DNA of 64,000 bases from Octopus sinensis (taxonomy: Eukaryota), in assembly GCF_006345805.1 (NCBI RefSeq), contig NC_043010.1, positions 60,388,001 to 60,452,000 of the forward strand, given 5' to 3'. The notes under the pieces were generated by a model that worked only from the letters and a program-made list of their open reading frames with translations, was not told the origin of the DNA and did not search any database. This document shows, one piece after another, positions 24,751 through 37,675 of the stretch. Each line of letters opens with the position of its first letter. Positions within the stretch are counted from its first letter, which is position 1. The position numbers and the translations under genes were made by a program.

Positions 24751-26602
24751 ATTATACTTCAGTATGTAATGTGCATCATTGGAAACATTTCAGAATGAAT
24801 CTTTGATTCATTACCATTAAACAGAATAGTATCTTAGCTTGATTTTGGCTCTATTACTTTAAAAGTCTTATATTAGTTTTAATTTAAGGATTCAATTAAG
24901 GTCTAGAAAATTTGTGCCAATAATACATTGATTAAACACTTAAATTTTTAAGGAAGGCTTCCAGTGCACATGCAGATTGGTAGAGAAATAATGAAATGAT
25001 TATTAATATAATATGAAGTAATAAGGCGATGAGCAGGCAGAATCATTAACATACCAGGCAAAATGCTTAGCAGCATTATGTCTGTCTTTATGTTCTGAGT
25101 TCAGATTCTACTGAGGTCAATTTTGCCTTTCATCATTTTGGGGTCGATAAAATAATTACCAGTTAAAGTCTGGGGTTGATGTAATCAACTTACCTCTCCT
25201 CCGAAATTACTGGCCTTTTGCCAAAATTTGAAATCAAAGTAACAAATCAATTTTAAAAGAAATATATTGGGATATTTTTCATTCCTTGCTTTTAACTAAT
25301 AATTATAAAGCTAAAGCCTGAAATAGTTTTAATGTTTCAAAGCCTGAATCCAGTGATGAAATATTTAAGTATTCTGAGAGCTATATAGTAAAGAACCTAC
25401 ATTCATGATTATTAATAAAGTACATCTAATAATATAACAGATAACAATACATTAGTTACAAAATGTTTTATGAACACAAATCCTAGATACCTTAATGCAT
25501 CCAAATGATTCATCATTATTGTTGAAAAGAATCAACCATCAAGATGAAAAGTTACTGGTGACGTATTGACAGAGCCATTAGAATACTGAACAAAATGACC
25601 TGTGGTATTTATTCCAGTGTCTTGCATTCTAAGTCCAAATTTTGCTATGGTCTACCTGAGTGGTAGACTAAAACTGCTGCCTAGTTTAACACCATTGCTG
25701 AATACTTGTGTGCTTTAGTGAAGTCTACAGCATGATGAGCACTGAAGCCAGGTCTACCTTTTAAAAATGTCTTCCTCCTTCTCACCAATTTTAGAAACCT
25801 CTAAAATATCATGGACATTCCAATTCCATGACTAAGATACATACATACATACATACATATATATATCATCATCATCATTTAGCATCTACTTTCCATACTG
25901 GCATCAGTTCGATGGTTTGACTGAAACTGGTAAGCAGGAGAGCTTCACCAGGTTATTTGATTTGGCATGTTTTCTATAGCTGGATGCCCTTCCTAACACT
26001 AACTACTCCAAGAGTGTAATCCTTCAGTTTTTCTAAGTCCTGTAAAAGAACTGAGAGGTTGGGCCTTCAACCAAGCCTCTTGTGATGCCCTTAAAAACAG
26101 AAACTTTTCAGCACCCCCTTATATATGTATGCATGTATATTATTGTATTATAGATATAGATTATTTGTGAAGACATTGAACTACTAATACTGGCAGTATT
26201 TTCCCCCTGGATCTGTCACTTGCACACAGACAAGAGTTCATTAATCTTAATAGAGTTTATATCCATTGTTGAAGTAGTATTCTGTACAATATTGAACTGC
26301 AAAATAATTACTCTAATAATTCATGCAAATATAAAATGGCTGAATGAATCAGTACATGCTAGCAAGAAAAAAATTCTGATATATTAAATAAGAAACATCT
26401 CATTGAACATTAAACATCCATATATAAAAGGGTTATAAAGAATATCTAACCATAAAAGCAAACAAATTATTTTGGTAATTAAAAATATTCTCACCCTGAT
26501 TATCTGAATTGAGCTGAATATCAAAGATTAATATCAATTGTATGTTATAAATAATGAATGTAATATTTTCAATTTTATATCATTTTCTATATTTCATGGT
26601 AG

Positions 26603-26762
26603 CATTGCAATGAGGATGAAACAATGACTTCAACTGAACAAAAATGTTATAGCAGTGGTATTATGACATCAAACAATCTGAATGATACATTATCTTCTCA
26701 TAAAGAACGGAAATGTGGTTGGAGTGATGGGGATATTACACATCAAACATCTGGAGCATCAG
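26603..26762 (+). CDS. Pcdh: Protocadherin unit 2, cytoplasmic exon
   Basis: catggtag|CAT...TCAG|gtaaat; HCNEDETMTSTEQKCYSSGIMTSNNLNDTLSSHKERKCGWSDGDITHQTSGAS. Confidence 0.87.
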
Positions 26763-27104
26763 GTAAATACAAAATAAATCATAAAATTGCAACAAGAATG
26801 TAAATGACATGGAAAAATAAATATCATAAGAAAATTGTTTTTTTTATAATGGAGAGTGAAATATAATGTTCTGATCTATGTTGGTGGGCAGTAACCTGAA
26901 TAAGAACTAACATAGATCATAGTGACACATCCAATTTATGCCAGCATTGAAAGAGGATGAAAATGATAAGAGAAGTACATAAAATTATTATTTGCAAAGG
27001 AACAAAAAATCATACACAATTAGTAGCTTCTCTAAAATTTTTGTACATACATACATGTATCTTTCTCAACCCTAATCATTAGTAATTTTTATATATTTTT
27101 TCAG

Positions 27105-27184
27105 AATACGGCAACTACCGACCAAACATACTCCCTACCCCAAAGACTGTACAAGAGCAAGAAACGTATCTGGAGCCAGTATAA
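27105..27184 (+). CDS. Pcdh: Protocadherin unit 2, terminal exon
   Basis: ttttttcag|AATACGGC; (E)YGNYRPNILPTPKTVQEQETYLEPV*. Confidence 0.88.
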
Positions 27185-27802
27185 TGCAAACACAGTAACA
27201 TCAGATTTACTTTTTAGTAACCAAAGAATCAACTCCTTAAATAATCCAATAGTGTATTAATAACATTCCATATAGCACTGTTTTCAATTTATCTTTTATT
27301 GAAAACTCTTTAACAAATACTTAAGTTATAATTTTCTAATGAAGGTCATAGGGCTGATGCTAATTTTGGTGAGGTTTTCACTACTTTTTAATTATGTAGA
27401 TATTTCCAGTATTAGAATTTATATTATACATTGATAATACTACTAGATTTCAGCAAAGCTATATTTTGATAAATAAAAATAAATGGCTGTATATAGTTAA
27501 GAGTCCAAATCTGCAGCAACTCTTTTCTTGAAACTGGAATACAAGTATCCTAAGACAAGGTACTTAACTCTTCTAGAGCTTCAACTACTGAAATAGTATG
27601 CAGTCTTTAGGTTCTGAGTTCAAATTCCACCGAGGTTGACTTTACCTTTCATGGTTGATAAATTAAGTACCAGTTGCATACTGGGTCGATCAAATCGAGT
27701 GGCCCTCCCAAAATTTTTGGGCCTTGTGCCTAGAATAGAAAAGAATATATATTTTCTTTTGATGGCATTTTTCCTGTCAGGAGCAAAACATGACTTTCTG
27801 TA

Positions 27803-27834
<32 letters not shown>

Positions 27835-28369
27835 TATATTCTTCCCTCTGACAGCTGAATTTCTACATTTTCAAACTCTACACCACCTCTGTAATTAAAA
27901 CTGAGATTTCCCTCTAAGAAGATAATGCCTAAGCATGGCACTAAAATAAACTGTCAAAAAAATCATAGAATCAAGCTCAATAATTCTAAAACTATAGACA
28001 TAATAATTTTTTACATGAGAATTATAGAAGGCACTCTTTATATAAAAGTAGATGAGTAGATATGCCTTTTGCAAAGATATTGATAAAGAAAAGGAAAATG
28101 AATCTACAACATTCTTGTCTTAACATTAAAATTATCTTTCAAATATAGCATTTTATCTAAATAGCATTGCACTTATTTATTATTGTATAGGTTTTGTTGG
28201 TAGAAATGTTAATGTATCAAATGTATTTAGCCTTATTACAAACGAAATATTAAAAGCAATCCCAAATACACATACCACACAATCATTTACATATTAAATA
28301 CATTTTAAAAAACATTTTAAATGCATTTATGAATTTACATTTCAATGGAACTATTTTTTGAAATATGAC

Positions 28370-31300
28370 TGCAATTTGTGAACAGCGGCAGCAGATTCAG
28401 AAGAAGACTCCTATGAGATACATGTTTTTCTTCATTTAGGACAACAACAAAGGATTAAACAATGAAGGTAAGTCTATTTCTATATTTATACTGACTTTTC
28501 TCATCTTAAATAATCTTTGGAGAGCAAAATTCTTTTCATGGCTTCTAAACAGGATAATAACCGAGACATTTCTCATACACACACACATACATGAACACAA
28601 ACAAATATATTTATTCATACAAATATATATATATTATCATCATCATCATTTAACGTTCGTTTTCCATGTTGGCATGGGTTGGATGGTTTGAGTGAGGACT
28701 GGCAAGCTAGTAAGATGCATCAGGCTCCAATCTGATACGGCAAAGTTTCTACAGCTCGATGCCTTCCCTAATGCTAGCTACTCCGAGAGTGGAGTGGGTG
28801 CTTTTTACATGCCACCAGCACAGGAGCCAGTCAGGCAGCACTGGCATCAACCACATTCAGATGGTGCTTTTTACATTCCACTGGCCCATGAGCCAGTTGG
28901 GAGGCACTGGCAATGACCACATTTGGGTGGTGCTATTTTCATTCTACCGGCACAGGCACCTAGTCAGGTGGCATTGGTATCGACTCACACTTGAATGGTA
29001 CTTATCACATGCCACCAGCATGGTGCCAGTCAGGCAGCACTGACATCGGCCACAACTATGATTTCCATTTTGATTTCACTTTTACTTAATTCAACAGGTC
29101 TTCTCAAGTGTAGCGTATTGCCCAACAATTCAAGTGTACTTTTAAATGGGCTGATTATGCGACACTGATATAAGCCATGGCTGTGATCTCACTTTACTTG
29201 CTAGGTCTTCTCAATCACAGCATATCTCAAAAGGTCTCTCATTGCCTCAGTGCAGGTCAACATTCGAAGGTCATGCTTCACCACCTCATCCCATATCTTC
29301 CTGAGTCTCCCTCTTTCACAGGTTCTTTCCACTGTTAGGGAGTGATACTTCTTCACACAGCTCTCCTCATTCATATGTAGCACATGACCATACCAGAGCA
29401 GTCATCTCTTTTGCATACCACATCTGATGCTTCTTATGTCCAACATTTCTCTCAGGGCACTTACACTCTGTCATGCATGCACACTGACATTACACATCCA
29501 GTGGATCATACTAGCTTCATTTTTTTAAAGCCTACATATGTTCTCAACAGTCATGGCCCATGTTTCACTGCCATGTAGTGTGGCTGTTCGCGCACATGCA
29601 TCATACAGTCTAGCTTTTATCCTGGGTGAGAAGCCCTTTGTTACAAGCAGAAGTAGGAGCTTTCTGAACTTTGCCCAGGCTATTCTTATTCTAGTAGCAA
29701 CACTCTCAGAGTGTCCACCCTCACTACAGACTTGGTCGCCTAGGTAGTAGAAGCTATCAACTACTTCTAGTTTCTTCCCCTAGCATGTGATGCAATCTGT
29801 TTCCTGTACATCTTCAGCATTTATTGCCCACATGCAAAAACTATCTTCCATGGAGTTTCTACCTATGCCTTTTCTACAGATCAAGTGGGGCCATCTACCT
29901 GAAGGGGGTTTGTGATTTGTCCATCTTCCAACTTACTATGATTTTGGTTTTTGCTAGATTGACTCTGAGGCCCTTAAATTGTAGACCTTGCTTCCACACT
30001 TGAAACTTCATCTCTAGTTCTGGTAGTGATTCAGGTATTAGAACAAAGTCATCAGCATAGAGGAGCTCCCAGGGGCAGCCTGTCTTGAATTCCTCTGTTA
30101 TTGCCTGGAGGACTATGATGAATAAGAGGGGTCTGAGGGCTAATCCTTGGTGAACCCCTACTTCTACCCAGAATTCTTCACTATACCCATTGCCAACCCT
30201 CACATTACTAACAGTATCCCTGTACAGTGCTTGTACAGTGGTTGTTCTACAAACCAAGGATATACTTATAAATTCAAAAAACAGCACAGCACCTGTGACT
30301 TTCCAAAGAAGAATTTTCGCATCCTGAATTGTCAAAATAAGGAACAAACTATTGCATCAGTAGTTAGCAGTTAAGACATTGTCATTCAAAAATCCTAACT
30401 ACATCCAATCTGGTGTCATTCAATGTAGTGTCATTCAATAATCACTAACATTATTCCTGATGTGCCTGTTCACCCTTCTTTTTTATGGCTCTTTTACTGT
30501 GCACTTTCCTGTCTTTTTGTGATTTACCCTGAATACTATGCATGTTCTTTTATCATTATTGTCTTTTTTCACTTGGCTTATTGCTATTTTCTGTCTCATT
30601 CTTTACCCTTTTCCAACAAGTTGTAGTGTTCCTGAGCACTACATACAATAAGTTTGTGGTTATTATTTAAAGTATTGAGATAGTGGAAAATGATAGTTAT
30701 GCTGTTAAGTTACACTCATGGCCTATGACAAAACTGGCCAAAATCTATCCATATTTAAGTTAATTAACAACAAGTAAATATCTCTAATATAGATATCAGG
30801 CATTAAAACTTCAAAGTTAAGTTGACACTGCATATTGCTTTATTTTAATTCTAGTAAAATATAATAAATACAAAATAGTGTAACATGGTTATGTAAATGT
30901 AACTATTGTTTTGGAATTGGCTAATTTCAGTAGACTGTTTCACTAATGCAACTTATAAAATTTTTCATCAAATTTTATTTAATAATTTATTTTCCTCTAA
31001 ATGTTCTAGTAACAGTATTGTAATTATTCTAAAAAGTACTTTTCTTTAAATAACTACTTATATTCTTTAAACTCATTGAACAGATTGGATGTAGTGTCAA
31101 CAAAACTGATATAATCAAATATTTCCTATGTCTTACCCAATTTTATATCAGTCAACTATACCAGTACCCTCATTATTGGTGGGGAGTGTAATGTCACCTA
31201 CAGTAGACTGCCAAGCTAAACACTTAAATCATTGGGTTACGAGTTCAAATTGTATAGAGGTTTACTTTGTTTTTCATCCTTCCATTGTCAATAAAATAAC

Positions 31301-32274
31301 TATCTCAAACAAACTTGATTTACTTGATTGTACTATTCCACAAAATTTGTAGGCTTGAGTCTAATTTAGAAATAATTATGTTGGGTGATTGCAATATTTA
31401 TTTCAACAATGTCTATGAAAATAACATGACAAAAATAGATGTAGTAAAATATGAAAATCCACTAATGTCAAATGAAAACTAATCATTTCTACAATATTCA
31501 TTCTTGGCTGACTAGCATAATTACTGTTTTTCATATATGAAGTATTTAATATGAACCATATGTCAATATGATCTCTATCATCTTTGGCAATGTGTATTCA
31601 TTTGTTCTATCAACTGAACTACCAAAAAATTGAATTAGCATATAAGGGATCGAATATTCCACAGATATGTGTGCCCTTGGCATAGCCCTCAGGCAAAAAA
31701 CAATGTGACAGTGTGTAACACAAGCTGGAACTTTGTATCATAAGTATAATCAATCCAATGGGTTTCTTCACATTTTCCATTGACCACCTGCTCAAGAGTA
31801 ATACTGTTGTATTGAATATTGAGTCATGATTGCATAATTAACCATTGTCCAAATAGAAACATTTCAAGTAATTTTTTTTCATTTTATCTGTATATTTTTT
31901 ACAGCATTAAGATAAGAACGTGGCAATGAGTCCTGCTGATCAAAAATGTTATGGTAGTATTGAAACATCAAACAACCTTAGTGAGACGTTACCCTGGAAC
32001 AAAGAATGGAACTATGTCTGGAATAAAGGAGACATTACAATTCAAGCAATGGGAGCATCAGGTAATAATGAAATTAAAAAAAAATTCAAACAGCAAATAA
32101 AAATTTCCATGAAGAAACATAATCTAGATATATTCAAATATTTGTCATGGAAACAAATTAAAACATCATTAAGTAGCTTCCCCTTATTTTCCAGAATATA
32201 GCAACTACCAGCCAAACATACCTCTGACACCAAAGAATAAACAAGAACAAGAAATCTATTCTGAGTCTATGTAG
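28370..32274 (+). pseudogene. Decayed Pcdh unit: leader exon (donor after 28467), no large exon, cytoplasmic exon 31905-32061, terminal exon 32195-32274
   Basis: ggattaaacaatgaag|gtaagt; tail exon begins CAT TAA (stop where paralogues have TAC/TAT/TGC) and is 3 nt shorter; terminal exon ends IYSESM* rather than TYLEPV*. Confidence 0.8.
28636..30245 (-). mobile_element. 5'-truncated RTE-clade LINE (reverse transcriptase fragment)
   Basis: GVHQGLALRPLLFIIVLQAITEEFKTGCPWELLYADD (RT motifs); C-terminal GRLRKIWDEVVKHDLR; 3'UTR subrepeats and (ATG)n tail. Confidence 0.9.
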
Positions 32275-32448
32275 TGTAGTCATTATATCTTGCTTGTTTG
32301 GTTCTCATTAATAATAGAAAGAACTTCGAAATAAATTATTTGTTTCAAGCAATAATGAGTATTGCTTAAGATAATATTCAAAGGTCATAAAATTTAAACT
32401 TGATCATTTTAGGAAAAAATTCTTTTGAGATTCAATTAAGCATATTTT

Positions 32449-32480
<32 letters not shown>

Positions 32481-32754
32481 TTTAAAACTTTTAATATTTC
32501 AATTAAAATTAAATACTGTCCAAATTTTTTTTTAAATACAGTAGATAAATAATATAAACTCAAAACATAAAATTAAAGATAAATTTTCTGTAAAATTGGA
32601 AATGCATTATGTGAATCTACGCAAATTATACAGTTAAAGTCAGTTGATGTTATCCTCATTTTTACATTAATGTTTATCAATTATACATAATAATATATTG
32701 TGCATATACACGCACACACATAAACACATCATTAGTTAAGCATTCATGGTCCTG

Positions 32755-32916
32755 ATTCTACCTCCCACTCCCTGATTCACACCAGCACACAGCTATTGTC
32801 AAACTACTACATCAACAAGCAGCTATTTAAATACTACTACTATAGCAGCAAAAGCAGGCTACGCCAAAATGTATCTCTCTCAGAATCTAAAATGGGAAAA
32901 GGATTAACCAATGTAG
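32755..32916 (+). promoter_or_regulatory. Putative promoter and leader exon of Pcdh unit 3
   Basis: ttctacctcccactcccTGATTCAcacc (32773-32779); ends ggattaaccaatgtag|gtatgt; acceptor gtttttcaag| at 37640. Confidence 0.55.
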
Positions 32917-33917
32917 GTATGTCTTCTTATATTAAATTGCTAATTTTTATTAATATGAAATAATCTAAATTATTAACAGCTAAATTAGCTACCATGATAT
33001 ATATATATATATACACACACACAAAACAATACTAAATAATACATGCATATTGGGACTAGAGTATCAAAGATTAGAAAGATTTAACCATTATTTCCATAAT
33101 TACCAATAATAACCACCACTAAAAGGAAGGAATACTTCCTTCTCAGCTACAATTACCAAAAAAATGACATCTAAACAGAAGGTTCTAAATTAATAAACGT
33201 GTTATATATATTGCTATGACATGATTTTTACCCAAGCTCACAGATTTTTTAATATGTATTTGGAAATAATGATTCCAAGTTATATAATATTAATATTTGT
33301 GTTAGTTTGTGAATATGGAATAAATGAATAATTCTTTTATTTTTAAAATATATTATTAATTAAGCATTAAATAGATTCATTATAAGACTTCTTACAAACC
33401 AGCAAAACTCAATACCTGCTAGAAATGATATCCAAATCTCCCTTAAGTTCTACTTTATTGACTTGAAAATTGAAAGGACACAGTAGTGCAGAGTATATAA
33501 TGCCTGTAAAAACATGAGATGATTATGAGATCAGAATACCTTTGATCATAGGTCTAATCTGTTGGGTAGAAAGATGGTTATGAAATCAGAATAGGTTCAT
33601 CAATAGGATGGGTATGAAATCAGATCTTTGATCATAGGTCTGCTCTATCTACTCTAAAAACAACTAACTTCTGTCTCATCAAATGAATCCCTTTTGACAG
33701 AGCAAAATATAGGAGCCAGATGCAAACTGAGTACAGATCTTCCTGAAATATTAAGTGATAATTACAAATCACTCATAAAAACAATGTCTCTGCTGATGAT
33801 AAAGTGGATGATGATAAAGCAACTTGGATATTAAAAATTAAGCTAGTTTGTTATTCCAAACTGTCTTGTAGAATGTTAGGATATATTTTTTGTTTTTAAC
33901 ATTTTTTCTTCTTCTTC

Positions 33918-33919
<2 letters not shown>

Positions 33920-33967
<48 letters not shown>

Positions 33968-35350
33968 TGTTTAACGTCCGTTTTCCATGCTAGCATGGGT
34001 TGGACGGTTCGACCGGAGTCTGGGAAGCCGGGAGGCTGCATCAGGCTCCAGTCTGATCTGGCAGTGTTTCTACAGCTGGATGCCCCTCCTAACGCCAACC
34101 ACTCTGTGAGTGTAGTGGGTGTTTTCTATGTGCCACTGACACAGGGGCCAGAGGAGGCTGGCAAATGGCCACAATCGGTTGGTGCCTTTTACGTGTCACC
34201 AGCATGGATGCCAGTCAAGGCAATGCTGGCATCGGCCATGTTCAGATGGTGCTTTTTATGTGCCACCAGCACAGGTATCACAACCACAATTTCCATTTGA
34301 TTTTTATTTTGATGTTGATGTACTTGACTCAATAGGATTCCTCAAGCACAGCAGGTCACCCTACGATCCAAGGTTAGCACAGCAGGCCATCCTACAAGCC
34401 ATGAACTCACTTAATTTGTCAGGTTTTCTCAGTCACAGCATATCTCCAGAGGTCTCGGTCTTTCGTCATAGCCTCTGTGAGGCCAACATTCGAAGGTCAT
34501 GCTTGACCACCTCATCCCATGTCTTCCTGGGTCTACCTCTACCCAAGATTCCTTCAACAGTTTGGAAATGGCACTTCTTCACACATCTCTCCTCATCCAT
34601 CCATAGTACATAACCATACCAACGCAAACGTCTCTCCTGCATGCCACATCCGATGCTTCTTATGTCCAACATTTCTCTCGGGGCACTTACACTCTGTTGT
34701 GCATGCACACTGACATTACACATCCAGCGAATCATGCTACCTTCATTTCTTTCAAGCCTACGCATGTCCTCCGCAGTCACAGCCCATGTTTCACTGCCAT
34801 GTAGCATGGCAGTTCACACACATACGTCATATAATCTACCTTTCACTCTGAGCGAGAGACCCTTTGTCGCCAGTAGGGGAAGAAGCATTCTAAACTTTGC
34901 CCTGGCTATTCTTATTCTAGTGGTAACACTCTCTGAGCATCCACCCCCACTACTAACTTGGTCAGCTAGGTAGTGGAAACTATCAACTACTTCTAGTTTC
35001 TCCCCCTGGAGTGTGATGGAATCTGTTTTCTGAGTATTTGTGGTGTCTATTGCCCCTGTGCATCTGCCACACACAAAAGCTATCTTCTCGGTTAATTTTC
35101 CTTTGATGTTGCTGCACCTCTTATGTGTCCATAGCTGGGTACATCTTATGGAGTTTCTACAGATCAAGCAGGACCACCTACCTAAGGAGGTGTGTGATGA
35201 GTTCGCCTTCCTACTTACTAGAACTTTGGTCTTTGCTACATTGACTCTAAGGCCTTTTGATTCTAAACCTAGCTTCCACACACAAAATTTCTTTTCTAGT
35301 TCCGGTAGTCATTCTGCTAAGAGGACCAGGTCATCAGCATAGAGGAGCTC
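33920..35350 (-). mobile_element. 5'-truncated RTE-clade LINE
   Basis: ELLYADDLV at about 35350; GLRVNVAKTK; MLHGSETWAVT; RRLRWYGYVLWM; GRGRPRKTWDEVV; long (CAT)n tail on the + strand at 33920-33967. Confidence 0.9.
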
Positions 35351-37675
35351 ATATAAATGATAAAATAATAAAAGCCATTGCAGAATTTCAACAAGAGTTT
35401 GATAATTTTGATTCTAAATTAATCGTAAAATAAATAACTGATATAATGTATTCTCATAAATATTCATTTCAATTAAAGAGATACATAGCACGAAGTTAAT
35501 TTACTAAATAACAAGCTGTATAGATTTTTCAATATCTGAACATCAGAAAATACTTTTGCTAGACAATATGAGTTTCTTGAGAAGACCTGCCCATGTCAGT
35601 GAAACTGAGTGCTATAAGCGCTAGTTGTTCCACCCACACATAACAAGAAAACTTCTTACGCACCCTACCACAACAAACCAAACTACATCTCTTCTCTTCC
35701 TTGCATTTCCACTTCATGCATTATGCTTACCTCCCACACCCCAATCCTGTCCTCATGTCCCTGTTTCTCTGTATTATTGATATCCAATAGCCCCCAATCT
35801 GTGTGTTCCTCTTACACAGAAGAAAACTTTTCACACAGCCTACCGCAACAAACCAATCTAACTCTCTACATCTCTTCTTTTCCTCACATTTCCTCCTTCA
35901 TGCACTATGCCTACTTCTCACTCCCCAATTCTGTCCTTATGGCCCTGTTTTTCTGTATCATTGCTATCCGGTAGCTCCCCCTCCCACTCTATATCCAGGT
36001 TTTCACCACTCACTTTCTGTCTGTACTCTCTAATCATGTTTCTTAGGTAATATCCTGCCACTTATATTATGACCTTCAAACCTCAAAGGTATGCCTTTGC
36101 ACGTGCCATCATTTATATCTCTCTCTGCCTTTACTTGACTATCTCATTTTTATCTTGATCCTTGTCCTTGTGAGTATGCCTTGCAGTTTGCCACTATCTC
36201 TATCCTGATGTCTCCCATTCTCTCTCTCCTTTTCCTCCTGCACTTCCCTCAGGTTGGGCAACCATGTATCTCCTTTGGGTAACCATGTATTTCCTTTGCG
36301 GCAGCACACCTGTTTCTGTCCTCATTCCTGATCTCTCTCTCTCTTTCTTTCTCCCCCCCCACCCCAGCCGGGTAACCATGTACCTCCTCTACAGCAAGAA
36401 ACTTGTTTCTGTCTCACTATAACCTTTCATCATCTGGCACAAGATCACCTCCTCCAAAAACTGCTCTCCTCTCAAAAGATTTTTGTCTTGCAGGCTACTC
36501 AGTACCCTGTTAGTGCAGGTGCCACTTAGAAAGCATCCAGTCCACACTGTAAAGTGGTTGGTATTTAGAAGGGCATCCAGCTGTAAAAATTTTGACCTCG
36601 CTTGTGCCACATAAAAAACATTAAGTCCACACAACTGGGTGGTTGGGGTTAGGAAGGGCATCCAGCTGTAAAAGTCCTGCCAAAACAGTCACAGAAGTCT
36701 GGTACAGGCTTATGCCTGGCTGGCTCCTGTGGACATTAAATGATGATGATGATGATGAATAACTGAATTGAATTTTGTGTTTGTTATTTGAAGATAGAAT
36801 GGTGAATACATGTTTAAGTTTAAGCAAAAAGAAAATATACTTATATGCAAAATACTTATATGAAGAGAGTATAAATGTGATAACTCAGTAAGAATGGAGA
36901 CTGTGTCTCACAGATGCTTTTGTAAAGAACCACAATAGGATGTAGCCTTAATGATAATACACCCTCTTCCATCTACTTCATACACAATATTTTATATAGA
37001 CTCATAAAATTTGAATTCTAATGTAAGCATATTTCGTCTTGCCTATGGATTTTGTCTTGACTTCAAATTAATTCGAACATAAATTCTCATCATTATGTTG
37101 AGGTTGGTGACTTCATCAAATTCACTTAGATTATTTTAAAAGGAATCTATATGTAGTTTAAAGCAATATGAATTTCAAGAGATGTAATTTATTTATTATG
37201 TGCTTTAGGTATCCTTCAGTTGAGTAAGAGATAACTTTTGGTGATAAAATTCCAATCAAATAACAATGTAAGCCGCAAGTAAGTTAACACAACATTAATT
37301 ATACTTTATTTCTGAATTACATAAGCTACGTTAATATTTTGGTCATTCAATAGTGTGATACTCACAACTCGGTTGGTGCTAATTTTGCATTAATTCATCA
37401 GTATTTCATTATTTCAAATTAAAAAATAATAAATTTTATTAAATTTTAGTTTCATTCACCACTTCATGATATAAATTTCCAAAATAGTTTGCAATATTAT
37501 TTTTGCAAAAAGAGGGGCTACACAAATTCCCAAATATTGATTTGATACTACAAATATTGTGGGTAGATATAATAAATGTGAAGGGATCATTCAAGTTGAC
37601 CGTTTTAATCTAATAATAGAATTTCCATTTGTTTTTCAAGATACTGAGAGTCTTCAGGATTTGTGAAGAATCACA

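Noticed and set aside
33890-34300. Poly-His ORF and other HT/CV/YI-repeat ORFs
   Set aside because: They are translations of microsatellites and LINE tails
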